Positions 10,898 to 22,100 of a stretch of 64,000 bases of DNA are shown here, one piece after another; position 1 is the stretch's first letter; every line of letters starts with the position of its first letter. This stretch comes from Pseudogymnoascus verrucosus (Eukaryota): the NCBI GenBank assembly GCA_001662655.1, contig KV460223.1; one strand, given 5' to 3'. A program made the translations under genes and the position numbers. Below the pieces are notes generated by a model. It did not search any database. It had not been told where the DNA came from and saw only the letters and a list, made by a program, of their open reading frames with translations.

Positions 10898-12592
10898 ATG
10901 GCTTTCCGCCAGTCAACCCACTACGCCCCACAAAGGACATACACGACACCGGAGGAACCCAGGCTCGATGGGCCTTCCACCCAGCCAGATCAACAACTAG
11001 AGGACTCCCAGGAATGGATATTATTCTCGCCGGCGCCGGCATCAACTACAGATCGTACACACACAGCAACAACAGCTAGCACGCGACACACTGTTGGTCG
11101 ATCAAGGCTGAGCGACTATGGCAGTATCGACACCGCTGGCAGGTCGTACGAGTATGACGAAGATGTCTCCGAACACTCGGAAGCGGTTGCAGAAGATGAT
11201 GAAGAGGATGGAGAACTTGATAGTCTAGATAGCCATCTGCTCGAGTTCAGAGCGGAGAGTGCCTACGGAGACGGGAATCCTGTATTGCCTACTCACGACG
11301 GGCTGGGGTCTTTCCGACTCGATGGGACTATGGGGGAGGGTGTCCAAGAGCAGTTATACGCGTTCGAGAGATTTAACCCACGACGAATAAGGCGACGAAG
11401 GGAAAGCCTTGAGCTTGGCCAGCGAGAACTCGAGAATGAGACGTCCGCTGATAACGAGCAAGTGAGGAGGATTGAGGAATGGAGACTAGAGCAAAGCCGG
11501 GCACTGCTTGATGAGATACAGAAGGAGACGCGTCGGAGGAGGCAACCTGCGTCAAGTACAAGGGCCAAATCAGAGAGGGACTATCACGACGAAGAAGTAG
11601 CAACACTAGGAGACCTATCCGAAGTTGAGACTTCCAAGCCTGAAGAGGGTATGGATACGGAGGAAGGGGAAAGTTTCTGGACGCGTATTACGAGGAGGGT
11701 CATCCATGATCTTATGGGTATCGACGACCGACTTCTGTCAATACTGTTTGGTGAGGGCCTGTCGGAAGAGGTAGAGCGAGAAGCTAGCCGCAGGGACTGG
11801 TATGCTGGGATAGACAGGGAGCAAAGCGATGATTCATGGGAATATCGACTTCTAGGGAGAATAGCACGTGAACTTGGATTGCTCGTCAACCAGTTATCGG
11901 ATCACCCTGGAGCATTCTCTACCTACCTTAAGGTTCAGCAGCAGCCGTTGCCATATGCTGGCTTGCCTATCATACCGGAGACAGGTGCCAATACGGAGGA
12001 TGGGCCTCAAACCCAAGCTGGCTCGGCTTCGGTGCCACTCTTTCAACCAACTATTCCAAATACCGCAAACGCCATGGACTTTGCAGCCCCTCCAACTCGA
12101 TCCGCCCAAGACGAGCAGGGCAGCGCAGGCCCGTCTAAATTTCGCTCCCAGGGATATCAAGAGTCGGACGAGGCCCACATTGGTTTCAGCAAGGAGGAGT
12201 GGGAGAAGCAGCTTGATATCGGACTAGTATTCAGCTATCTTAGGTCGCGCTTCACTAACGGAAAGGAACCTACTGTATCCTCGCACCTTACCGGTTCTCG
12301 AACCAAGACTAGTCCGCAAGACGCAGCTGCAAGGGCAGCACGTGTCCATCAGCTGCACCCACTCGTGTCGAGGCCGAAGCCCTCCGAGCGTCGAGCATCA
12401 TACAAGGTTATTGTACCTAGTGGCCCGATCCAGCAGCGGCGAAAGAGCACGAGTTGCGCAAGCCAGAGTACGAAGAAGTCGGCAAGGAGGATCAGTGGCT
12501 CTAGCCGACACTATTGGGATATTAATGGGAGTATTGGGTCTGGTTCATTGGCTGCATCCACCGGTGGAATGGGAGCCTGGGGCGAGGTGTAG
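10898..12592 (+). CDS. Uncharacterised fungal protein (~564 aa, acidic, single exon)
   Basis: Long uninterrupted ORF with first in-frame ATG at 10898. Protein-like blocks: EWILFSP, LPTHDGLGSF, ESFWTRITRRVIHDLMGIDD, HPGAFSTY, GAWGEV*. Confidence 0.8.
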   Translation: MAFRQSTHYAPQRTYTTPEEPRLDGPSTQPDQQLEDSQEWILFSPAPASTTDRTHTATTASTRHTVGRSRLSDYGSIDTAGRSYEYDEDVSEHSEAVAEDDEEDGELDSLDSHLLEFRAESAYGDGNPVLPTHDGLGSFRLDGTMGEGVQEQLYAFERFNPRRIRRRRESLELGQRELENETSADNEQVRRIEEWRLEQSRALLDEIQKETRRRRQPASSTRAKSERDYHDEEVATLGDLSEVETSKPEEGMDTEEGESFWTRITRRVIHDLMGIDDRLLSILFGEGLSEEVEREASRRDWYAGIDREQSDDSWEYRLLGRIARELGLLVNQLSDHPGAFSTYLKVQQQPLPYAGLPIIPETGANTEDGPQTQAGSASVPLFQPTIPNTANAMDFAAPPTRSAQDEQGSAGPSKFRSQGYQESDEAHIGFSKEEWEKQLDIGLVFSYLRSRFTNGKEPTVSSHLTGSRTKTSPQDAAARAARVHQLHPLVSRPKPSERRASYKVIVPSGPIQQRRKSTSCASQSTKKSARRISGSSRHYWDINGSIGSGSLAASTGGMGAWGEV

Positions 12593-13945
12593 GTTGGGGG
12601 CTATGGGAACAGGTAAGCATATTTTGGTGTTTGACGGAGGGAACGACAGCGTTGGGCGACGACTTGGATAGGCATTTCTCATCTCATCGTATCATTATTC
12701 AGGGCGGGAAGACAAAGTATATAACATAAATACTATATATTTTTTACCACAATTCTACTGCGGCTGCCTATTTGGCGAGATATAATACTATGTCAAGACG
12801 CCCCATGGTAATTTGTTTAGCTGGATGTATATTCGCCAACGGTTGGAATTTACCATGTCAACGGCTCCATATTCATGGGAGTTTGTACACGGGACACAAT
12901 GCAATGCGGGGATCTCACCCACATTTCCCCCTGCTGATGTGATGGGGAAACAACACCAAAGTGCATGCATATTCGCCTAACCAGTTCGGGAAATCTGCAC
13001 ACTTGACGCCGTCTAATTCGTCAACGAGGCGACGGTAAGTGCGACCCGTACCGCGCTGTCGTGTTTGCGACACCGCAAGGCGTTTATGATTCGACAACGC
13101 TGAGGCGGCTATGGACGCCTCGAGTTGCCCCGGCGTCACTGGCTCCAGGCACCTGCGCCAGGAGAATTTGGATGTGCCACATTGTCCAATCCTCCCAGTC
13201 CACAGTAAGTGAGCAGCTGTTTGGCTGGAGATATGATGCAAACCATTGCGAACTTCGTCCCCATGGAGGGGATTTTATGTTGCTCTATCGGGTTTGGTAG
13301 GTAACCTGACCGGACTACTACAGCTGACAAGGTTGATTCGAGGAGTCATACAGCCCATGGCTGTGCATACGTCCAATACGTCCAGTGCATACCATGCTAA
13401 CTACTGCTGTGCTCAACCGAAGCCACCAAGTACTTGTGTGGCTTCTGTTTCATTTCGCCGTTCTCCTTCCTTAAATATATTTTCTCCACACCTTTCGGCT
13501 GACCCCACGATCAGGCTGTGTACGTACGTGCGCCTGCTTGCTCGTGCCTTGGTCCTTTTTCCTCTTGCGTTTGTCGTCCCTTCAACTCAAAGTATATTTC
13601 ATTCAGTCAAGTGTGTCCATGTTCATATTTCTATATACCTGTTAGTATCCCAAGTTGAAAAGTTGTCAATTAGGCGGCCCCATCCTTACCGTGAGGGCAA
13701 CCCCCCTTCAGTGTACTGAAATCCTCCCAACCCTCGATGAATTCCGAGCGCGACAACATCTCCCACGATAGCCTTGCGCGGCCGAGTTTCGATCTCTCGT
13801 TAAGAGCGCATTATTCATGATTTAGTTTTACCAAGGCGCCGAAGATTAATTATATATATCGAAGCTCAAGCACCGCCGTCGTCGCTCAACCCACCGGCGG
13901 CTTTATCGTCTTCGATGCATAGCACTTTCGAAACTTGACTTGCCG

Positions 13946-16900
13946 ATGGCTCACTCTGCCCACATTGCCAATACTCCACTCTTGAATAGCCGTTATGGCG
14001 ATAGACCTGCCGCCAGGCAGCCGTCACAAAAGCTGCCCACGGGCGCTTGCAATTATACAAACCTGAGCATTGGCAATAACGCAAAATGCGGTTGTCAGCG
14101 CTTTTGCGACCGGTCGGAATACTCGGCCGGGTCGATAAATGCGGATGGAGAACTCGAGGTTGAGAAGGTGGGTTGGTGCATGTGCGAGCACCATGCATGT
14201 TTCCATGAAGTTGGAAAGCCGGCGGATGAAGTCGCTCTGATGCCTATCCGATCTCGACAAACCTCACACGGAGGCGACTCGTCGCTCCCGAGCACGTACA
14301 GGGACCCTCCTAAAGCCCCAAGTATCTCTTTGCAACGAGCAGCCCCAGTGAGCTTCAATAATGGGACACAAGCCGGGAAGCAACTGCCAACTCCTGGCGT
14401 GGACACCGAGACCGGCCCTCCAAGAAGTGATACAGGAACCCCCGGACCGAACTTCATTCCCCAGGATACTGGGCTCCCTCCTATTCCATCGCAGTGTTTG
14501 CTGTCCTCAAATATGAACTTGAGTGCTCTTGTGGGAGCACCGCTTTCGTTTAGATCGGCAGCATCTCGCGAGGAGCTCAGAGCGAGCACTGGATTGATAC
14601 ATGACTGGATTCCTCACCCCATCCAGGCCGGCTCATATAACGAAAGCCTAACCGATGCTGCATCGCCTTTATCTGGATACCTAGAGAATGCCGAATTTCA
14701 TGACAAGCTTATGACAGTGGAGACCGAGAAGAGCGGCGCATCGCAGACAAACCTGGGTCAGAAACCATCGTCTCAGGGAATGGACCTATTGGTCTCCACA
14801 AACGAAAACGACGAACGCCTCACGTCTGTCGTAGCCCAGTCCGAGATGGATGTTGTCAATTCTACTCCCAATTTCCATCAAATTTTACCATACGTTTCGG
14901 ATATTCACAAACATTATGCGGTTAAGCCAACATTGAAAGACACTTTGCAGAACCATGAAGACCGTCTTGATCACTTGGAGAATGCTACCCATAGCTGTGC
15001 AGCTCCAACCGACGCTGGGAATTGTGACTGTGACTGCGACTTGCTTAGCCATAAGCATGAGAAAATAGAGTGCCGGATGGACCGTATCGAGAAGGCTCTC
15101 TCTACCAAGCGATTCCAGGAACTTGGTCTTGCTGGCCGTGGCAATGGGTCAGTGACGTCGGATAATTCGACCGTGATGACCTCTACGGGCCACGCGGAAA
15201 TGTATTCCCGGATTGACTCACGTATCGAGGCCTTGGAGTTTCGCCTAGGTGATCTTGATAACGCCATGCCTCCGTCGGCGACCAATCCATGGGAGTTTGA
15301 GGTCATATTTCTACCATACGGACTTGACATGAATCGAGTATGGTCTCGAACGGGCAACCCCACGCAAAGAAATGCCTGGAGTACGCAAGACACATCATCT
15401 CCCCATATGTTAATGGGAGCACTGTCTCAACGGTTTTTCAGCAAGGCGGCCACAGAAAACTCCTGGGAGCACATACTAGAAAAATCCCAGCCAACATCAA
15501 CTGTTTTCTCGGCAAGGGCTTGCGGCATAGAGAGTGTGGTCGACAAGCGACTGCGCAGCAGAGGCCTTGTGAGGACAATCCATGTTAAAGGCCCGGATGC
15601 CCAGCACGTTCAGTTTGCCATGTTTGAAGCATTTGAAGATATACTTCAAACTATGTCTTCTGGTATCAGCTCACCCTCGAAAATCCCGAAACCTCTTCGG
15701 CGGTACCGCGAAGCTCTTGGTACATCATGGATCCCATTGCGGAAATTACACAAGGACTCGCAACTGCGATTCTTAGAAACCTCCGAGATGCTGACGCCAA
15801 CACTGTGGACTGCATCCTTCCTCGCGGAAGTATCTATGCAACAGTCTAATATAAGGCGCCTTTACATAACAAATAAAGACGGCTATGTTCAAAACGGATC
15901 CGCGGGTTGGACATGGCAGAAGATTAGGCATCTGCCTCTATTCAACGAGGGAAGCAATTCCGCAGCAAGCAGCGACGATGGCTTTCAAGCAAGCAGTAGC
16001 TTCAAGCCCAGCCAAATCCAAATCCATGAGCCACACTGGCACTGGGACGAAAGGCTAGATGGACCGGTTGTTCATCAAACCGTTACCACACAGCAGCTGT
16101 CTCTCGCCATCATTACAGCACCAGAATCCGATGAGGGTCAAGCTTCCCCAACTTCTAGTACATCGTCTTCTGAGTACTCGCCTCCACTTCGGTCGCGCAC
16201 ACCTGCCTCCGAGGCCTTTGGACAGCCTATATCGCCACTCACCGAACGCAATTTAGCCCGCCCGATCCATGGCCGTACAACATCCATGCCAATCACTGTC
16301 CCGATCAACTTCCGACCCTCACCGGGGAGCCAAGGCAAACGCCGTATTACGTCTTTCGAGCTTCAACATGAGCGAGTGACCCACTCGCCCTCCCCTTTCG
16401 CCCCGAGACACTCCTATAGCTTCTCGGCGAAGCGCCAGCGTACTCAATCACCCAACCGTCCGCGTGACACCCCTCGCTGGAGCGCCGAGCCCCCTAGCCC
16501 TTACGTCTTTGAGGAGGAGCGAGAGCATAAGAGAGGGATGACGCCATTCGCGTATGCTACACCTCACAGCAATGCACCTTATATTTATAACGATAGACGG
16601 TCTATGAGCAACGTCCCGAATGACTGGGGCATCGACATCGGCAACGAAGACAGCCCTACGGATGAATTTGAGACCGATGACAACAATAATGAAGATTATA
16701 TGTCGGATACGGACCAGGCTTACCAGCATGAGGAGGAAGACTGGGAAGGCGTCAACGAATTAACGGCCGATCAAGTTAAGATGGAAGAGGAGGACGACAA
16801 TAATATCGAGGCTAGGGCGTTCTCAGATGACGATGAAGACGCAGTGAGTGATACGAGTAGCACGCCCAGCGAGTACCCGAGCACCCAGCCGTTGGCGAAA

Positions 16901-16951
16901 TATTCTGGAAAGAAGGGAACGTTTGAGATTCATGTTGATGAGGAGAAGTGA
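13946..16951 (+). CDS. Uncharacterised ~1000-aa fungal protein with N-terminal Cys/His cluster, coiled coil and acidic tail
   Basis: 3-kb ORF with CNYTNL..KCGCQRF...WCMCEHHACFH at the N-terminus. The true start may lie on an upstream exon because the frame is open upstream of 13946. Confidence 0.8.
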   Translation: MAHSAHIANTPLLNSRYGDRPAARQPSQKLPTGACNYTNLSIGNNAKCGCQRFCDRSEYSAGSINADGELEVEKVGWCMCEHHACFHEVGKPADEVALMPIRSRQTSHGGDSSLPSTYRDPPKAPSISLQRAAPVSFNNGTQAGKQLPTPGVDTETGPPRSDTGTPGPNFIPQDTGLPPIPSQCLLSSNMNLSALVGAPLSFRSAASREELRASTGLIHDWIPHPIQAGSYNESLTDAASPLSGYLENAEFHDKLMTVETEKSGASQTNLGQKPSSQGMDLLVSTNENDERLTSVVAQSEMDVVNSTPNFHQILPYVSDIHKHYAVKPTLKDTLQNHEDRLDHLENATHSCAAPTDAGNCDCDCDLLSHKHEKIECRMDRIEKALSTKRFQELGLAGRGNGSVTSDNSTVMTSTGHAEMYSRIDSRIEALEFRLGDLDNAMPPSATNPWEFEVIFLPYGLDMNRVWSRTGNPTQRNAWSTQDTSSPHMLMGALSQRFFSKAATENSWEHILEKSQPTSTVFSARACGIESVVDKRLRSRGLVRTIHVKGPDAQHVQFAMFEAFEDILQTMSSGISSPSKIPKPLRRYREALGTSWIPLRKLHKDSQLRFLETSEMLTPTLWTASFLAEVSMQQSNIRRLYITNKDGYVQNGSAGWTWQKIRHLPLFNEGSNSAASSDDGFQASSSFKPSQIQIHEPHWHWDERLDGPVVHQTVTTQQLSLAIITAPESDEGQASPTSSTSSSEYSPPLRSRTPASEAFGQPISPLTERNLARPIHGRTTSMPITVPINFRPSPGSQGKRRITSFELQHERVTHSPSPFAPRHSYSFSAKRQRTQSPNRPRDTPRWSAEPPSPYVFEEEREHKRGMTPFAYATPHSNAPYIYNDRRSMSNVPNDWGIDIGNEDSPTDEFETDDNNNEDYMSDTDQAYQHEEEDWEGVNELTADQVKMEEEDDNNIEARAFSDDDEDAVSDTSSTPSEYPSTQPLAKYSGKKGTFEIHVDEEK

Positions 16952-17399
16952 TGTATGAGTCTGAACTGGTAGGCACTGACTGGTTGTGGTTTTGGCCAGG
17001 AGGCATTCAGGGGCCACAAAAAACGGGGGCGTCATGCTCAGGGCGTTTAAGGGTGAAGCTTGGTAGCCACCGTGAGAGGCCATTAGATTGCCGGTGCGAT
17101 ATTCGCCTCGTAGCTCTCCACTATCTTGTATAGATAACAGAAATATCTCAAAATAATTTCGTACTCTTTTTGCTGTGTTGACAGTGCGTACAATGCAATG
17201 GTGGTGGTGTTGAAGCTTGGCTGTAGCCCATGAATGTGTCAGATGTGGGACCCGAGCTTATCCGCTAGGTCACGATGATGACGCCGAAAACCCCGCGACA
17301 ATTTTGACAATTCTGACAAGATACACACAACAACGATGGGCAGCTTATGAACACGAGCCGCTGCCTAGCCAGAGTAGCATACCCTGACCACCTCGGATC

Positions 17400-18702
17400 A
17401 TGATGCTCTTCTCTAAGCTTCTGCGCCCTATAGCAGCTACAAAAAAGTTTGCTATCTGCGCGGAGCTCGCGGAAGTCCTTCAGCCTCGTGGCAGCCTCCT
17501 CCCACGCGTCAACACTCGAAGCTTCACAAGACCCAGTTTCGAAACATGGCGAAATGTAAGAGGCGGACCTAGCTCGACAGGTAGCCGGCAACAGCAGCGA
17601 GCCTTCCACGAATCCTTCAACACACGCCGCCGCCAAATTTTCCGACGCATCGAGCCGCACAATGCGCGCCCCCTCATCACCCCCGAGCAAGTGCGGAGAT
17701 TGTTCGCCTCGGGGCAGTTCAGGGGCTTTGCGATCCTCGCCGCGGGTGGGGTTACTATATTCTACTTCATGAACATCGAGACGGTTCCGGTGTCAGGGCG
17801 GCGGAGGTTTAACTGCTACAGCGAAGGCAGTGCTGAGGAGCAGGGAAGGTTGGCGTATAACCAGATCCTCTCTGAGGAGGCGAGAAAGGGCAAGGTACTA
17901 CCGGAATCCGATTCCAGAGTTAAGAGGGTGAAGACGGTGCTTGCGCGGTTGATAGAGGCGGGAGACTTGGGCACGGGACAAAGTGATAGCAAGAAGGGCG
18001 ACGGATGGACGGTGCACGTCATTGAGGATCCGCGTAAGTACATATATATGTCAGGTTTGGTATGCAATGGCTGACGATGCTGGTGTCAGATCAAGCAAAC
18101 GCTTTTGTTCTCCCGGGAGGCAAAGTCTTCGTCTACAGTGGAATATTTCCCGTTTGCAAGAACAACGACGGGCTGGCGGCGGTTATGGGCCACGAAATTG
18201 CACACAACATGGCGCAGCACGCGGCAGAAAAGATGAGCCAGATGGCATTGCTCCAGCCGATAGTTTGGGGGCTCATGTATCTCGATTATACTGGAGTTAC
18301 AATGGGATTAGGGCGATTTTTAGGGAGCATGATGCTCGACCTTGGAATTATGAGAGTTTCCTCCAGAGAGCAGGAGAGTGAGGCAGATCATATCGGCCTC
18401 ATGCTTATGGCGGCAGCTTGTTATGATCCCAAGGAGGCGGTAGGGTTGTGGGAGAGAATGGAGAGGCTAGACAAAGAAACGCCTCCCGAATGGCTTTCTA
18501 CACATCCGTCGGTATGTTTCCTTCCATCTTTGATCAAGTTGAGCTTTCACCTAACCCTCTCCAGAATGCGAATCGAATCCAGCAAATTATACAACTATTA
18601 CCGCAAGCGGAAGATAAATACCAGGAGAGCAACTGTTCATCGACGGTGGGATACAACAACGCCTTTCAACACGCCATTGGCCGCACCCTAGTCTTCCGGT
18701 AA
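17400..18702 (+). CDS. OMA1: Mitochondrial metalloendopeptidase OMA1 (peptidase M48), 3 exons
   Basis: Arg-rich presequence-like N-terminus, ETVPVSGRRRFN, ANAFVLPGGKVFV, LAAVMGHEIAH (HExxH), SREQESEADHIGL and EWLSTHPS. Introns at ~18034-18089 and ~18512-18564. Confidence 0.93.
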
Positions 18703-19161
18703 GTGCGTGATAAAGCTTGGATGCAGCTATGAACAAAATGTAATTTAAAGAGCGAATGCGGCGTTGGCGAGAAATTCTCCTTCTGTTTGGGTTGAGTTAG
18801 CAGAGACCACTTATGATATATTCCCATCTATACGCGCGTGTATCAACAGCAAATTTAGAAATCCCTTGTCCTGTTCTTTCAAAGAAAGTTTTTCCGTTTG
18901 CAGTGGTTAACAATGTTGCTCGAGGGAATAGTGTTCTTTGACGAAACAAGAGAAAGGGAACAAGACCATTCCAAACGCATTTGCGCGGCCGGCCGATTTG
19001 TTTCTTTCAATGTGATATCGACAACGAAGTGGCTTTGCTTTAACCTTCATGAGGGTCACTTAGCAGCGATATATTGATAAGAGAGTCCGCACGTTGGCCG
19101 CGAAAATTTTCCTCTTTACCTATTTGCACCCATTTTGTGATACTCAATACCGATTTTCACA

Positions 19162-22100
19162 ATGGCGACCAAGGATCCGACTAGGCCCAGACGGCCACCT
19201 ACAAGATTTGCCCAGAAGTACGGAGTTTTTAAGGATATGTCCAGGCCTGATATTGTCAACGCACTCCAAGGCTACAAGAGCGGCCGTACTCCCGTCAGCC
19301 CCCACAGGTCAGATGACTCAGGGAGGCGGAGAAATTGGAAACACGCAATAGCAGATTATCAGAAAATGATTAATGGGGGGTTCCCAATGGAATGGACGAG
19401 GGCCTTGAGAGCATATATACCAACTGCCGATGCTGATTTTGCTGACCATTGGCTGAAGTATGAACTTGACAATAAAATACATCCACTCATTGACGGACCT
19501 CAGTGGGAGACGCTAAATGGGTGTTTCAAGAGCTATCCACCGCCGTTGACAGGCGATGGACACGATAGCTTCATGATAGTGAGTGTGTCGCTGTTAGCTG
19601 AAAACCGTTATTTCCAATACTAAGTGTGATACAGGCCGACAACCCAATCGTTTGGAAGGCACTTAAGCCTATTTTACAACTAACCACTCTTTACTTGGAT
19701 AACTCAGATCTTTGGCCGTGGTACGTACAGTGTTGTATGCGCGGGATTTGAAGTCACAGATGAGCTGATAAACATTTCGAAGGTGGGACGCGTTGCTGAG
19801 CGATGCGGGTTCTGATAACAAGAGAACAGAGCCAAGTCCACATATTCCTGGGGCGGAGAATTTATTCTTCAAGATGCGAACACCGGAACAAATCCATAAG
19901 AAAAAAGTTCCAGTAAAAGATCTTTTAAGGGAGATGGCTGGCAAGTGGTTCTTTTGTTTTAGATCTATGTATCGCGACTGCTCGGATGGCGGTCCACAAG
20001 ATCACCACTGGTGGGGTATAACGGTTACATGTGGAGGGCCTGGAAAAAGTTCCGTAACTCTTGCTAAGGAGTTGATCAGTCCACTTCTTAAACCCGATTT
20101 GACGGTATAATTTCCTTTTCGTTCGTGGAATGAATCCTGCTAACCCGAAGAAAAGGAACCAGAAAGGATCGTGATGATTAATTTTGCTGCGAGAACCCTT
20201 GCCCATGAAATTTCCGTAAGTATGCTGCGATCGTTATGGATTTGACTCCTCTTCGTACGAGGGATAAGCGGGGATTGTTTTCGCTGACTTTGCCTGCAAA
20301 CAGCACGCGGCAGTTATGCATTATGAAAAACGTATCGATCCGAGGCGACGAATGATGAACAGAGCCCTTTCAGAACCCTACTTTGCAGACGAGGGGTGGA
20401 ATGAAGTGTATGTCGACCGCACCTCTGTTGTGCCCCTTTTCTGACGTTATATAGGGGCCATTCTCTGGAAAACAACGTAATAATCCGCCAAAACCCCATC
20501 CCTATCCCGTTGTCTGCAAAAAATATCCAATCACACTTCTAACTCATATTGTCCAACTAGGTCCTCAAGTCCCACCATCGCCTAATTATGTCCAACAATG
20601 GCCTGCCGCTGCTGGTGTATGACGAGAGCTTTCCTTATCCTGGGACTCACAGAGACTACGAGGACACCAGGTACTTGCCTCCCGGAAAAGCGTTGGAGCC
20701 GCACACAAATGTTCGGAAGTTAGTATCCCTCGAATGGATGCGATTGTTTCTACACGGCGATTTCTGGGACTATCATGTTCGCCGGTACGGAGGAGACGCA
20801 TTGATTCCAGATGATCCCCTAGCTGAACAACATGTGTTTTGGGAACGAGGTGGAAATACGGGAAATATTCCACCTGTAACTTGTATAAAAGATGTAGCGA
20901 TACGCCCCGACGTTAAAATCAGGCTTGACATGTCCCCTGGGGAACAAATGGTGGCGACGACTCTAAATATACGCAGAACTTTACACAGACTTGCTCGAGA
21001 AAGGCTCGGCCAGGTAATGAACGAAGGATATGGTCCGGGTCCCAATGGCGGTTTCCTTCCAATACAGCCCGGAATGGGCCAGCAAACTCACCAGGAACCG
21101 AGCGGACCTCAAGAACCAGGTGTCCCGCAAGCGCAGGGAACAGAACAGGCCCAAGGCGGGCCCCAAGTCGAAGGGCAGCCACCAACGGCAGGACCAGAGG
21201 GGCAGGAAGTCCCGCCCCAAGCTCCAGCCCCAGCTCCAGCTCGAGAACCCCGCGACCCCCCCACCCCAACTTCAGACTACGAGCTACCCGACGAACCTCG
21301 CATGGAAATCAGAGCAAGCGACGTAGTTTCAGCCAACAAGATCGCCTCATACCTCAAATACTTCCGCAACTCCCTCGGCCTCCACATCGTAGCAACTTGT
21401 ACAGAAGACGGTCTGTGGTTCCACCTATACCATTTAGTTAAAGAATCTTCGGGGGTGATTATCACTTTCGAGGATTGGAAGATCTTTCTGCGCATGTGCA
21501 ATTCGGCCGATGCGATGCTGAGGTACATCTCTCCATCCCCAAACAAAATCCAAAGTAGCATAGGCGTCTGAAAGCTAATTTCATGTCCACAGCTGGAATG
21601 CAGAGTCCAAGGTGGTCCATTCCCTCACCTCGGGTTGGGAGGCCATCCCACCCAGTGAGCCACCGGTTGCGCGCCCGTCGTATCCCGAACCGACCCTGTC
21701 ACAACCAGATCTCCTCCGCATGATAGATCTGGTGAGGAGGTATATCTTCCGCTGTCCAGACCACATGAATCCCAAGTCCGTGACCTGGCATGATGAGATG
21801 AGGCTCGTTCACCAATTCCACACCATGGTGGACGAGGATGGCCTCGACCTCAGCGTCGCGAATTTCAGGTCGATTTGTCTTACGTATTTCAATGCCTGTT
21901 GGACGTGAGTAATTCCCATCAGTCAGGAGCGAGGGTAGACGGAGAGCCAGAAAAAACTAACACACAACCCCCTACCAGAACCGGCCCCATCGGCTGCCTC
22001 CAATGGTCCGCCCCCACCTACTTCATCAAGATGCTCGACGCCGTCCTGAAATACAGCGTAGCCGCCGCCGAAACCACCGACATCGGGACCATCCTACCCA

